Notes: generated by a model from the sequence alone, not told the origin. 49,207 nt of DNA from Bugula neritina (GCA_964035545.1 CAXIUT010000057.1:103431-152637); one strand, 5' to 3'. Positions 12,288 to 25,333 are shown, counted from the stretch's first letter. A program made the numbers and translations.

Positions 12288-14369
12288 TCAATAGAAGTTA
12301 TCTAGAATTTTAGTGGCTTATGCTTTTAAGTCTGCAAAAGTTTTATTTTTTTATTTTACTTTTTATCTGATACTTTTGTATTATTCTTGAACAGTTTGAT
12401 AATCTAATAAATCATTCATCTAGTTTCTAATTAATTTTCTTTAATTTTAAAGATCATTTTATATCTATTTATTTTACTGTATTTATCTATTTGATAATTT
12501 CTTTTGTTTATTTTTAATTATTCCTTTTCTTTATTAATATTTCTCTTTTTAAAATAACGTTACAGGTTGATTTAACTAATTTTAGCTAGTTTATGAGTTT
12601 GTGATAACATATTTAGTTTAAAGATAGCCATTTCTATCTTATTCTGTTCTAATTCTTATTGCGTTATTTACTTAATTATATCTTGTCTCAGAATCATTGT
12701 ATATACTTTTAACTTATTTGAATTTCTTTGGTTTTTATGATTGCAATTGTTAATTTTATATATATTGAAGACCTTTTATCTTTCTGTTTCCAGTGCTATT
12801 GCTAATCCACTACTAATGTTCTTTTCTGTTTACATTATCTCTTGAGAATATTTTTCAAGAGCTTAGAATTTACGACTTTTATGAAGATTTTTTGTCCTTT
12901 TTGAATCCTTGAGAATCTGCATTTCTAATACTTTTTAAATCATAATTATATTGTATTTAAGAACCTTATGTTATAGGCCTGTATGCTTTTTTGTATTACA
13001 ATTGTTTCGGACTTCTTGATGTTGTCTTTGGTCCTGTATTACCTTTCTCCGGTTGATCTTTCAGAGGTAATTATATTTATTTATTTATAAAATTTGATTC
13101 ACTATGAATGACAGGAAGTTCTTTCTAATTATTTCTCTTATTAATTTTTTGTTCAATATTATGATATTAATAAATATTGGAATTGATAGTACTTTCAGTT
13201 GTTATTCCTCTATTAGGTTCAAAAAGAATATTTGGACGATAATTTTCTTGGTATTGATCTTTTTTTTATAAAGGAGTTACTATTGTTTATGTTTATTCTT
13301 AACTGTTTGAATTTTATTAAAGGAATTATTATTTTTAGAGATCTTATGATTTTTTATGAAAAATAATTGATTATTGTTCTATATTTTTAATATGATTTGA
13401 GAGAGTGGGATATTTGAATGATACTTTTTGAGAGTTTTGAGAATAAAATGAATTGTTTTGACTTTTAACAGTATATTATAATGATTTATGTTGTTGAAAA
13501 AGAGTATTAATGGTAGATATACTATTTAAAGTAGGTTTTGAAGTTACTTTTGATATTTATTGATCTAATCTTATTTATCTTTTATTCATTTGAGGGTATA
13601 TCTAAATTTACTGCTCTAATATAAGAGGTTTATTGGTTCTTTATTACTTGATTTTGAGTATTTGGTTGATTCTTTTGTATTTTAGGTTCATAAAGAGAAC
13701 ATATTTTTTTCATTCTGACATTTTGATGATGATAAAGACTGATATTTTATTTGAATGATTGAAGATTATTGACATATTTGAGTTATTAAATTTATTGTTG
13801 TGATATTCTATGACATAGTCCATTATTTTGAATAAATGATAAATTTTAACAAGACTGTTAATCATTTCTGATTATTAACATGCATGTTATGGCAAGCATT
13901 ATGCTTTTTACGAATGAATCCATATTTTGACTGATTTACTTTGTTCAAATTGCATGAATATTTGTTCTTCTTTAACCATAAAATACCCGTAATACTGTTG
14001 TAGATAGTATGATCCGTTGATGATGTCTATGCATGGACAATTTGATACGATTTGATTGTTTTTATTGAACTAGTTAAGAGGAGATCCACAATATTAGGTA
14101 TAAATTTTGATATTGAAATGTTTTTGGTTGTAGTTACAGGAATATGAATTTTATCCTGGGGCAAAATAGATCAATTTTATGATGTTATTATGTTGTAATT
14201 TGATTCTTTTGATTAGAAGTTGATGGTTGATCGTTTGTTGTTATTGTTTCTAGAACATGAGGGTGGTTTATTGGATTAGCTAGTTAGTAAGTTAGTTTTT
14301 AATTATTGTTGGAGAGATGTAATGCCAATTCGAGGTTAGGTTTAACTTCTTAGGTGAATTATTTCCCAT
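12288..14369 (-). CDS. Kinase-like (pseudokinase) N-terminus plus low-complexity tail; frame interrupted
   Basis: Starts MGNNSP (possible myristoylation), then LQHNNIIKL, IYTEY, VKIWIH. The start frame meets TGA at 13710-13712 and 12855-12857 before the TGA at 12288. Gene structure is uncertain. Confidence 0.4.
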
Positions 14370-14756
14370 TTACCTTTTTTATTATTATCCTATCTTACTA
14401 ACGATTATTATTAAGACCAATTTATACCTATTCATACTCTTAAAAGTAATAAACCTATTCATAGAATTAAAGGTAATAGACTTATTCAAAGATTTTAAGA
14501 TATTTATTCAGAATAAGATCATGATTTATTGATTTTTATACAATTAAGTTTAATAATATGGCAAATTAGGAGGTTAGTGAAAAGAAAGATCAAAAATTTA
14601 GTGGTTCGATAGCTGTATTTTATGTTATAAATTGAAATATTCATTATAAAGTGATGAGTGATTTTATGTTATATTCATAAAATATTGATAATTATGAATT
14701 GATTGAATTAGTCCTTGATTTGATTTTAAAGTTTTTAATCCAATTTAAAATAAATA

Positions 14757-15899
14757 ATGACTGGAAAACATATGTACTTGCAAATAGCTTTTATTCTTGT
14801 TCTATCTGTATGTCAATAATGTGAGCTTCAAGAGGTTTATAGAAAGTATATTGACGAAGCCTTTAAGCCTTTTTAGTCTGGAATTACTCCTGAAATGTTA
14901 GATAAAATGCAATATTTGAGTTGGAGTTGTACAATCAAAATAAGAAATCACACTATTCTACCTAATAAGTATAACTGCTTGACTAGTTTTCATTAAAATT
15001 TTTTGATGTAAATTATTGAAGAAATTCCTGATATGGATTTTGTACTTAGTCAAGGCGATGGTCCTAAAATATATAAGAATCATTGTGAAAAAGGACAGAA
15101 ATGGATTTAATGTTGTGATAAAGGATATAAAAAATACTAAAATTTTGGATATTTTAAAGATTTTGATAATTCAATGGTTGACTATTTTAAAGATCTTCCT
15201 TTTCTAAGTCCTACTATTGTACCATAATGCTTTAAAGACATCCTTTTTCCAGCTTTTGGTCACGTGATTCCCTCTAAAAGAGTAAAGGAGTAATATCCTT
15301 GGAAAGATAAAATATTTAAAGCCTTTTGGAGAGGAACTACGTCTGGCCATGCTGAGGGATGCACTTAAGTAGAACCTTGTCTTAAAAACCATCGTTAACA
15401 ATTTGTTCTTTAATGTTCTAAGATAGAAGATTGTGATGCTCAGTTTACCTAGATTACATCTTGCCATGCATCAGCTCCTCAGATATGTGAATAAATGAAA
15501 AAGGTGTTTAAAGTTGGTGGTTATACTGCATAAAAATAGCAAGGAAGAAATAAGATAATTATTGATATTGATGGAAATACTTATTCTGGTCGATATCCAA
15601 TGTTATTTGGTTCAGGTTCAGCCATTTTTAAAATAGCTGTTTTTACTGATTTAGTTACTATGACTTCTGAACCTTGGCTTCATTATGTTCCAGTGCTACC
15701 TGATGTTTCAGATCTGAGAGCAAAGATAGAATGGGCTAAAAGAAATGATAAGGAGTTATAAAGAATAGCTAAAAGAGGTCAATAAAATTCAAAGAAAATG
15801 CATAGTATTTAAACTTTTAGATGTTATGCTATTCATCTATTGAAAAAGTATCATTCATTATTAACGGTTAAACCTGAATCATCTCAACCTTAACCATGA
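14757..15899 (+). CDS. Glycosyltransferase family 90 (CAP10/POGLUT/KDELC-like), copy 1 (380 aa)
   Basis: Signal peptide; PDMDFV, KAFWRG, IDIDGNTYSGRY, PWLHYVPV, WAKRND. Confidence 0.9.
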
Positions 15900-16090
15900 T
15901 GAAGATTTACTTTGGATATTATTGATATAATTAATATTAAAAAATTAACCTTCTAAATTAAATCAATTTAAGATAAAGAATAATTTTTATTAAATATTTT
16001 AAACTCAATTAACAATTTGATATGATTATCTTTGTTATTTTTACAAGTAAAATAGATTGAAGTTAATTAAAATATAAATAAATAACATAA

Positions 16091-17230
16091 ATGAAAATGT
16101 ACTTGGTGTTTATGTTTGTTCTGTCAGTGGCGTTAGGTTCTTAGTGTGAGTTACCTGAAATATATCGATAGATGATAGAGAAGTCGTTTAAGCCATTTTA
16201 ATCTGGTATTACACCTGAAATGCTAAAAGAAATGAAAGAGAGATTAAGATGGGCTTGTTTAGTTTCTATTAGAAATCATAAAATAGTACATAAACAAGAA
16301 TGTTTACCTAGTTTTCATGAAGAATATATCAATGATATAATTAGTCATTTACCTGATATGGATTTCATCTTGAACTAGGGAGATTTTCCTTTTTCTTATA
16401 AACATACCTGTAAGAAAGATTAGAGATGGATGTCTTGTGCCTGTGATAAGGGATATAAAATATGGAAAAATTATGGATATTTTGGTAATTCTGATGGTAT
16501 TGATTGGAGAGAATAAAGAACAGGTAACCTTCCCATCCTAAGTCCAACCAATATTCCTTAGTGTTTTGATGATATATTGTTTCCAGCACATACTCATGTA
16601 TACAAACCAGATCGACCTGAAGAAACTATTCCTTGGCAAGATAAGTAGTTTAAAGCTTTTTGGAGAGGAAGTCCGACTGGAATGACTGTAGAATGCTACA
16701 CAGAATAGACTTGTAAAGACTATCATCGATATAGACTAGTTTCAATGTGTAAAGATATAGAAGATTGTGATGCTTTGTTTGCTAGAAACTTTGCTTGTTA
16801 AAAAAAAATGGAAAAGGAGTGTTAGGAAATGAAAAGAGTTTATGGTTAAGGGTAGTTTCTATACTTGAAGCTTCAGACTAAATATAAAATCATTATTGAT
16901 ATTGATGGTAATTCATATGCAGGCCGGTTTCCTCTCTGCCTTTTGACGGGTTCAGCTGTCTTTAAATCAGCTGTTTTTCATGATTTAGTGACAGATACTA
17001 CTATCCCTTGGGTGCATTATGTTCCCATAAAGCCAGACTTATCAGATTTCCAGGAAAAGTTGCAGTGGGCAAAAAGGAATGATAAAGAGTTAGAGAGGAT
17101 AGCTAAAAGAGGATATGAACATGCAAAAAGAATGTATAGTCTTGAAGCCTTTAATTGTTTCGGTATTCACATCCTGAAAAAGTATTATTCTCTTTTGACT
17201 GAAAAAACTATCTTTGAATATCAAGATTGA
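16091..17230 (+). CDS. Glycosyltransferase family 90, copy 2 (379 aa)
   Basis: Paralog of copy 1; DIDGNSYAGRF, PWVHYVPI. Confidence 0.9.
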
Positions 17231-17419
17231 TGATCCAAGTAAATTAACTTTAAAATATTACATTTCTATCAAAACCATCAAGAAGATCAATCATTCATAT
17301 TTATTTAATGACTAATTAAGCTCTTTTTAAGAATTAACTTGGGTTATGAAATCTTTATTGGAAGCAAACATAGTTTTTATTTGATATTATATCCTCAACA
17401 AAATTTATATTAAATTAAA

Positions 17420-18571
17420 ATGAAAAATGTGCTGTTAATGATGATGATGGTTGTTCTACTACAGGCAGATGGAGCTTATGATTGCTAGCTTCCTGATATA
17501 TACCGAAAAATGATTGACTAATCTTTTAAACCTTATGAATCTGGAATAACTCCTGAGGCATTAAAGTTGATGTCAGTTATGTTTTATGCTTGTGTGGCTT
17601 CAATAAGAAATGGTAAATTGGTTCCAAACAAGAAATATTATATGTTCGACTATCACAAACATTACTTGGAGGAAATAGCTTCAGGACTCCCTGATATGGA
17701 TTTCGTTTTAAATGAGGCAGATGAGCCTCACCTTTATCGACACTCTTGTAAACAAAATTAGCCATGGTATAGATGTGCCTGTGATAAAAGCTACAAATTA
17801 TCTAATTTTTATGGATACTTTACTGATAAAAGTAATTCATACGAGGAAAAGTATCGAAATCAAAAACTTCCTTTGTTGAGCCCTACAACCATCCCGTAGT
17901 GCTTTGATGACATTCTTTTTCCTACCTTTACCCATGTTGATCCCAATAATAGACCTGTAGCTTATGCTCCTTGGTCTTAAAAAACTTTTAAAGCTATCTG
18001 GAGAGGAGCACAAACCGGAAGAACCAATGATTGTTAAACAATATAGAAATGCAATGTTAATCATCGTTTTAATTTGGTTTCTATGTGTAAAAAAATAGAA
18101 GATTGCGATGCCAGGTTTTCTACTATGTTTCCTTGCTAACAACATAATGATTCATATTGCAAATAAATGGAAGACTACTATGGAAAACAAATATGGACTC
18201 CTTTAAAAGATCAAGTTCAGTACAAAATCTTTCTTGATCTTGATGGTCAAACTTATGCTGGCCGCTATCCTCTTCTTTTACACACTGGCTCAGCTGTCTT
18301 TAAATCAGCTGTCTTTCGTGATCTTGTAACATAAACTACCAAACCTTGGGTCCACTATGTTCCTGTGAATCCAGATCTGACAGATTTATAATAAAAAATA
18401 AACTGGGCTAAAAGAAATGATAAGGAGTTATAAAGGATAGCTAAAAGAGGTTATGAACATGCTAAAAAATACTACAGTCTTGAAGCTTTTAAGTGCTACG
18501 GCTTCCATCTTTTGAAAAAGTATCACTCGCTTCTTACAGTCAAAACAGTCTTTAATGCTGATGAAATTTGA
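17420..18571 (+). CDS. Glycosyltransferase family 90, copy 3 (383 aa)
   Basis: Paralog; DLDGQTYAGRY, PWVHYVPV; ends ADEI. Confidence 0.9.
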
Positions 18572-18629
18572 TCTGATAAAAATAAAACAGACATTATTAA
18601 TATTAAATATGAGGAATGTCAGAAATATA

Positions 18630-19859
18630 TCACTTTTTGTTGTTTTTCTTTTTGTTTGGTAATTTTTAGATTGATTGTTGACTTTCACTCATGCTGGCTT
18701 CTTCTTCAAAAGATTATTATGAACTTTATTCCATCTTTTGTTTGGCTTATTCTTCATTGAAATCTTAATCCTAGCTTTCATCTTCACTATCATCTTATAC
18801 TATTTTACCCTTCTATTCTTGTTTGACATCTACCTTTCTATCTCTGAAGTATTTTACTAAATTATCCATTTATGCTTTATCTATTCCTTTGAGCTAGACA
18901 TTTTTGTTTTGTTGTTTGAGATGAAGTAGCATATCGAAAAATTTATTGGTATTTCCTGCTCTTAGGATTTATATTTGTTTTATTTAGTCTATTTTCAGGT
19001 GGAAAGTTGGTCTTGGAATAAATATTATACTATTTTTTAACATATATAGCCATCCTGTTTGAGCCTTGATACTTGCACTAACACAAGGTTGTTTCTTTTT
19101 TGAGAGATAGTTCGGTCCTGGGTGGATCATTTGGGTCGATGCTACTATGCCTAGTAAATTTATTATTATTTGATATTGCTATCCTGAATAGCTTGCTTAT
19201 AATTTCGATGATTTTCCTTATTGACCTACATCTTATAGCACCTTTTTGTTAGTAGGCACTGAATCTAAAAGAATATCTTGTTTTATATCTAAAATGATAA
19301 AACTGTGAAGAGTTCTGCCGATTGTAAGTGGTTTTGATAGAGCTAGTACGACTGCTATTTATATTTAGTTGCTTCTAGGAAGTACAAAACCTCGAATGAT
19401 ATTGCTGTATTCTATTTTATGGTTGAAAGTTTGTCCGTGGAGACTGAGATGTTTGATGTGGAATTCAATCAGATATCTTCCTTTGGGGATAGTGAAGTTG
19501 ATTCCTTCAAGGGCTGCAATGATGTCTCCAGTACTATCGTTGATATTTGCTTTTTATGCTATTTATTTTGAATATTTATATGCGTAGTTTATTTTTTATG
19601 CCTTCATTTATTCATCTGAGTTGTCTGAGTTTTACTATTCTTTTGGTGTTTCAACGTAGAGACGAATCTATGATATTACGTCGCCATCGGTTTAATTTTA
19701 GTCTATTTGAAGAGCGATTTATTGTTTAGAAGCTGTCACATTGCTGATTTATTTATAACTGAGGGATAAAATTTATTTTTAGGTTCTATAATCACTCATA
19801 GAAAACACATTTTTATCTTTTACAACATTGCCAAAGTGCACACCTTTATAACTTTTCAT
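18630..19859 (-). CDS. SSRP1: FACT subunit SSRP1/Pob3-like, shortened (409 aa)
   Basis: KGVHFG, IPKGRYLIEFHIKHLSLHGQTFNHKIEY, LSKPLTIGRT and an acidic tail ESEDEDF match SSRP1/Pob3 motifs. Confidence 0.8.
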
Positions 19860-19931
19860 TTTATTCGATATATAACCATAAGATCTCACTTGATAAGTAA
19901 AACGATATATAAAATAGTTTATAATGATGAT

Positions 19932-20011
19932 AGTTGATATAAATGGTTGTTTTAAATGGCTGATATAAATGGTTGATATAAATGGTTGATTAAATGGTTG
20001 ATTAAATGGTG
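19932..20011 (+). repeat. Minisatellite, 12-13 bp unit (TAAATGGTTGAT[A]) x ~6
   Basis: Directly visible tandem copies between the gene ending at 20048 and the SSRP1 start. Confidence 0.85.
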
Positions 20012-20047
20012 TATAATTATAAACACTATACAATCTTTGATGGTATA

Positions 20048-20749
20048 TCAGATATTGCTGCTGTGGTTGTAGTTGATGGGTAGTGAGTTGAGAGTGGATT
20101 TGTTAGTTTTATTTTTGATTTGTTTTTTTGTTTTTTTGAACCATTGATCATAATCTTTAGACTTCTTGCTTTCCAAGTATAATTATCTTTGTGACTATGT
20201 TTATAATTTATCTAATATTTTCTTTTACTCCTATGCGTAAACAGTGATGACTTTTTTGAATTCGTTTGGAGTTAAATTATATTTTTTCATTAGTATGTTA
20301 AATTCTTACCCAGTAGTGTTGTTGGTTTGGAATGAGCTGATTTTGATGTTTTGGAAGGGCATGATATTATTTTATTTATTTTATTAAAATTGCATGCTAA
20401 GGTACGTCTATTTCATTGGTGGGGTTTGATCGAATGAATTCTATACGATATCGAAACTATACTACCTTGCATTCTCTTTATACTACATCTTATCTATCTT
20501 CTCTTTCATTATTTCATTTTCATACAGGAGTTCTTTTATTATTAATTAGTTATCGTTGTTCTAAAGTTGGAGCTGGTTTCTCTCTGTTCTTAGTTTTTAT
20601 ATTTTTTAGTATAAAATTGAGAGGAATGTTTTTATGTTGTCTAGTTGTGGTTCTTTCAGGTGGATGTTCTAGAGAATTGAGGTTATGTTTTCATGCTTGT
20701 TGCCGTATAATTTTACTATGGTCTATATTGTTGCTTGTGGTTTGGTCAT
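20048..20749 (-). CDS. Hypothetical protein with coiled coil (233 aa)
   Basis: ATG 20749 to TGA 20048, open under code 30. Confidence 0.6.
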
Positions 20750-20807
20750 CAAAGAAATAAATATTATAATTTATTTAGTATTTTTTGAATCATTATATTA
20801 TAAAAGG

Positions 20808-20894
20808 GATAAATAACAAATATTAAATCATAGATAAATAACAAATAACAAGTCATAGATAAGTAACAAATCATAGATAAATAACAAATCATAG
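20808..20894 (+). repeat. Imperfect tandem repeat, ~19 bp unit (GATAAATAACAAATCATA) x ~4
   Basis: Visible copies. The last unit overlaps the stop codon of the ADP-ribosylhydrolase gene. Confidence 0.8.
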
Positions 20895-22004
20895 TGATAG
20901 GAGATATAGTTTTTCCCCCAGATATTTTAACTTTTTGCTGTCTTATATTTCCTGATAGTGTCCTTCAGGTACTCCTTTGAATCCATATAATGCTCCAAAC
21001 CAAGCAGCACCGATCGTACCAGTCGAATCATTATCTCCTCCATGTAAAATACCTCTCAAACAAAACTACTACCATGACCCTTTGCATCCCAAAAGGGCAT
21101 CATAGGCTATTAGTGTGCTATCTACTCCTAGAGCACCTGGCCATTTGGTCCATGCTAGTGTCTTATAGAAGTGTTATCGATCTATGATAGAATATTTTTA
21201 TGGAAAAGTTGCTTTAGTTTGATTTTAGAGAGTTAGAGATAGATTTCGCTATTTTGAATATTTTATCCAGGATTATTCGAATTTATCCCATTGACCGCTT
21301 TTTATATTCAATTATACTTATCTCCCCATAGTCTGTATATGCTTTTTAGCCAATGGTAGAATCTAGACAAAGAACTTTCCGATCCACGTCTAGGGAGGGG
21401 TATCTTTGATGGCCAGATATGTAAAATATGCAGACACCAATGCCCCTAGATATCCAACTGGGTTATGATGTGTAATTCTACCTGTTTAGACAGCAACTGC
21501 GATTAGCTTATCGATATTGTTTTGATAGTATAGACCGATGCATGCTGCTCTCATGGAGGCACCACAGCCTCCTCCTTTGAGTTGCGAGTATGGTATTTTG
21601 TTCCAGTTTGATGCTTGCTAGTCGATTATGCTGAGTGTTTTCATGCAGGTTTTGCCGGGTGCTCTTCCTGACATGCACTTTGAACATTTTTTATATTATA
21701 AAGCTACTCTTCTAGAGGTTTATTAGATTTTGTCTTTTGGACTACTTTGAATTAGACCTTGGGCGGTGGCTATGTGCATGACTGTGTCGTCGGAGTAGCG
21801 CCAGTCCATGTTGATTTTTAGATATAGAGGACCTTTGTTGTTGGTCATGTTCATCATTTATTTGTGGATTAGAGTGCTGCTGGTGTTGAACTACCAGGAA
21901 CCGTTTTTATAGCCCATAGCGTCGCCTGTTGCTGCTAGCATCATGCAGGCCTAGTACTTTTGTTTGAGGGACTTGTCTTTAGGCTGAACTGATTATTTTT
22001 ACAT
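20889..22004 (-). CDS. ADPRH: ADP-ribosylarginine hydrolase (ARH1-like, 371 aa)
   Basis: [19 protein letters not shown][TAG][46 protein letters not shown]. Confidence 0.92.
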
Positions 22005-22194
22005 AAGATAAAAGTTATAAAAAGATATAGTATGAAAAGAGGTCATTGATAGTATCATATTATTCACAAAAGATAGTTAGTTTGAGTGCTGGAACAGGAA
22101 AGACACATCTTCTTTACCTGTTAGTATTGATATTCTTTAAAGGAGTTAATTAAATAACATCGGGTAGATATTAGACAATAATGATTTTTGAGGA

Positions 22195-22722
22195 TCAATA
22201 TTCAATAAATTTAGGTTAATTTGGTCGAATGTAGCTTAAAGTGGCAACAAATAAAACTGATTTTCCCACATAGCTCAATTTGTTAAGAAAAGATTTTTTC
22301 CCTACCTGCACTGAAGCTGTCTTATCAGGAAGGTATAGCAATTTATCCATCACAAAATGGAATTGATCTGAAGTATCAACTTTTGTGGCAGTATTCATTA
22401 AAAATTTAATGGGCAAGGTTTTATCAAAGACAATAACTCTGAATTTATAGGCTATTTTTCCTCTAAAGATTCTGAAGGAGTTGAATGTCTTTTGTTCTAT
22501 AAGTTTAACTGATCTGGTGGACTAGACACTTACCTAATTGGCGTTGTAGATGGCAAAACTGAGGGTTTAGCATTTTTATTAAAAAGTACTAGTTAGTTTA
22601 ATTAGCATATTATGCAGCCAGTCGTCCATTTATGCCTATTTTTATGCTGATTTCATGATAGCTTCAAGAGCTTCTGCACTTGCTTTGATAGTGTTGGCAA
22701 GATCATTGTTTTATTCTGACAT
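22195..22722 (-). CDS. Hypothetical protein (175 aa)
   Basis: ATG 22722, in frame with ORF 22216..22416, to TGA 22195. The 3' end is less certain. Confidence 0.55.
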
Positions 22723-22949
22723 ACTTGTTATCAAAATATAATGATTAATATTAGTAAGAATTTATCATAATTTATATTAATAGTAAAACATAAATCATCT
22801 AATTATCTAAAGTGTAGGCTAAACAATGTTCAATCTACAAACAATATCAAAATAACATAGCATTTTGATAAAACTAATCAATTTTTTTATTATTCTTTAT
22901 TTTGACAAATTAATATCATATAAATATCATATAATAGCCATAGCAAACT

Positions 22950-25333
22950 ATGTTCAAAAAAATATGTATGGGTCTTCTTCTCTTCATAATCATTTCTCTA
23001 TCTACTATTTACTACATCTTTTCTCCATCCTACGTCTAGACTCTGACCTTCTAATCCCAAACCATTCGAATTTAAAGAGATCAATATGGGATACCTCATA
23101 TATATGCACCTGACCGTAGAAGTTTTCTATATGCTTGGGGTACAGTGATGTCTGAAGACAGATTATTCCAGGTAACTTTTAGATTATTGTATGCTAAAGG
23201 TAGACTATCAGAGTATCTTGGATAAAAAACGTTTAAATTTGATATCATGATGAGAGATTTAGGACTGGCTCAAGTTGGATACTAATCTGCCTAGAAAATG
23301 AAAATATAAAATAGGAGTTTGTATTAAAATTTTTAGATATATTTGAGAGGATTTAATGATGCAGTTGATAGGAGGAAGGCATTGCCTATATAATATCATA
23401 TATTGGGTATAAAATGGTAAAAATGGACTGTTTCTGACATATTTATTTTACAAAAGTTTTTATAGTGGTCTTTGAGTCACAACCTCCTCGAATAGTTTAC
23501 AAGAAGTACACTTCTATCAAGTTATACCATCGACTAAATAAAAAAGATATTTCCTAGTACAAAGTAGCATTGGGCCTTCTAGTCTGTATCAACCATAAAA
23601 GATGAAGATATTTCATAGCATTATCAAAAATAAAACCATTTTTTCAATACTATATTAGAGCCGATATCGATAGATGATATAGTGGATTTGGGTGCCCCAG
23701 AAATATACATATCTGCTGAAGGAAGCAACGCTTGGGCTGTTTCTGGAAAGCATACCTAATCTGGCAAGCCGATTCTATCTGGAGATCCTCATCTTGATAG
23801 TATGCTTCCTTCTCACTGGTATCAGTTCAAAGCTACATACGCCAAATAAAACAAAACTATTGATTTCGCAGGTGTATCTGTTCCTGGACTTCCAACTGCT
23901 TATGGGAAAACAGGCTACGTAGCTAGCGCCATGACGGTGATCTATAGTGACACTCAAGATTTATATAAATAAAAGATAAAAGGAAGTCGATATTAGGTGG
24001 ATGGTATTTGGAGAGATTTGAGGATAAGAAATTAAACAATTTTAATAAAGAAAGATGGTCGATTATAGCAATATAATCATACAGTTAAATATACGCATAG
24101 AGGCCCTGTTTTGAATTATATAGCGCATCCTTTGGGCACATATGATTTGACATCGGAATCGTATTCTTTGAGTTGGACTGGTTACAACGACTAGTATGAA
24201 TCTTTGGCACTGGCACCACTTAGTTTATAAGTTAGCAATTTCTAGTAGCTTAAGTAGTATTTTAAAATATTTACCAAGCACTATTTGAGTTTGAGTATGC
24301 TGGCTGTCACTGCTGATAACCATTTGCTGTATCAGCATAGCGGGAAGGCAGCGATTCGTCCTAACGTTTAATCTGGAATATATGTGCAAGATGGCACTAA
24401 TAGTCGAAACGACTGGTTGGGCTTTATGGCGCCTGAGGACCGGATGCAGGTGGTTGATCCCCAATGTGGATATTTTGTTACTTCTAACAACAAAGTGGCA
24501 TAGACTAAATATTGGGGAGGATACTTCAATCATAGCATCTATACTGCCAGGGCTGATCGCTTGACTGAGTTGGTTTAAAATTAGATCAAAAGTGGGAAAA
24601 AGATCAGTAATCTTTTTGCTAGGAAGTTGCTCTATGATACTGTTGATGTCTATTGCAGACAAATATTGCCTTAGATTCTATAGGTGGTTGAGAAGGCTAA
24701 TTCTAGTCATAGTGATTTTGATTGTGATTTTAGAGCTGATTCTTACCAATCAACTATGTATGAAGTTTTTATGGTTGAGTTGTGGTTTTTGATGAGACCA
24801 TTCAAAACCAATAATGTCAGTATACTTACTTTGCATACTTCTCATCAGACTTTGTTCGTTTATATTCACGATGCCTATCATGGTGATAAATAAAAACAAA
24901 AGGTTATGAGATAGGCTTGGAGCAAAATGATCTTGAGGTTGTCTGAGCATTTTAAAACTAAGGATCGAAGTAGGTGGCTTTGGGGAGAGTTTCACCGGGA
25001 TGTGACAACGCAGCTTCCTCTTGGTTTGTCGCCTTTCTTCAAGATGTTTTATAGTCGAGTTGGACCTGGTTCTGGGAATATACATACACCCAACGTTGCT
25101 AAAATGAATCGAATAGAGTATGCCAATTTCGATACATCGCATCGAGCCAACTATAGGATGATATTTGATTATGGAGGACCTAGTTGGTGGGTGCTTGATG
25201 GGGGAGCAAGTTAAAACCTTTTGTCAAGTATTCTTATCTCTATATAGGACATTATGATGATCAATGGCAGCTGTTTATGGCTTAGAAGTTGCTTCCCCTT
25301 GACCCCTCTCAAGAGCAGAGGTAGTAGTTATGA
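22950..25333 (+). CDS. Penicillin acylase / Ntn-hydrolase family (S45) amidase; one intron
   Basis: N-terminal hydrophobic anchor; RDQYGIPHIYA, EDRLFQ, GRLSEYLG. Beta-chain start GSNAWAVSGKHTESGKPILSGDPHL (catalytic Ser at 23724). HYDDQ after the intron; C-terminus REEL. Confidence 0.92.
25228..25247 (+). other. 20-nt spliceosomal intron
   Basis: gtattcttatctctatatag. Removal gives the family-typical S-x-HYDDQ. Confidence 0.9.

Noticed and set aside
12841-12873. 33-nt GT..AG candidate that would remove the TGA at 12855
   Set aside because: It does not match the 20-nt length or the -6 A, and it does not explain the other TGA.
19932-20894. Short repeats as a CRISPR array or transposon ends
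   Set aside because: No unique spacers, cas genes, terminal inverted repeats or transposase; the context is eukaryotic.
22005-22200. Open frame running into the ARH start, suggesting a fusion or N-terminal extension
   Set aside because: With one stop codon, such open stretches are common by chance, and ARH homology begins right after ATG 22004.
22514-22533. 20-nt GT..AG candidate gtaagtgtctagtccaccag (minus strand)
   Set aside because: Removal leads to an early TGA, and position -6 is C rather than A.
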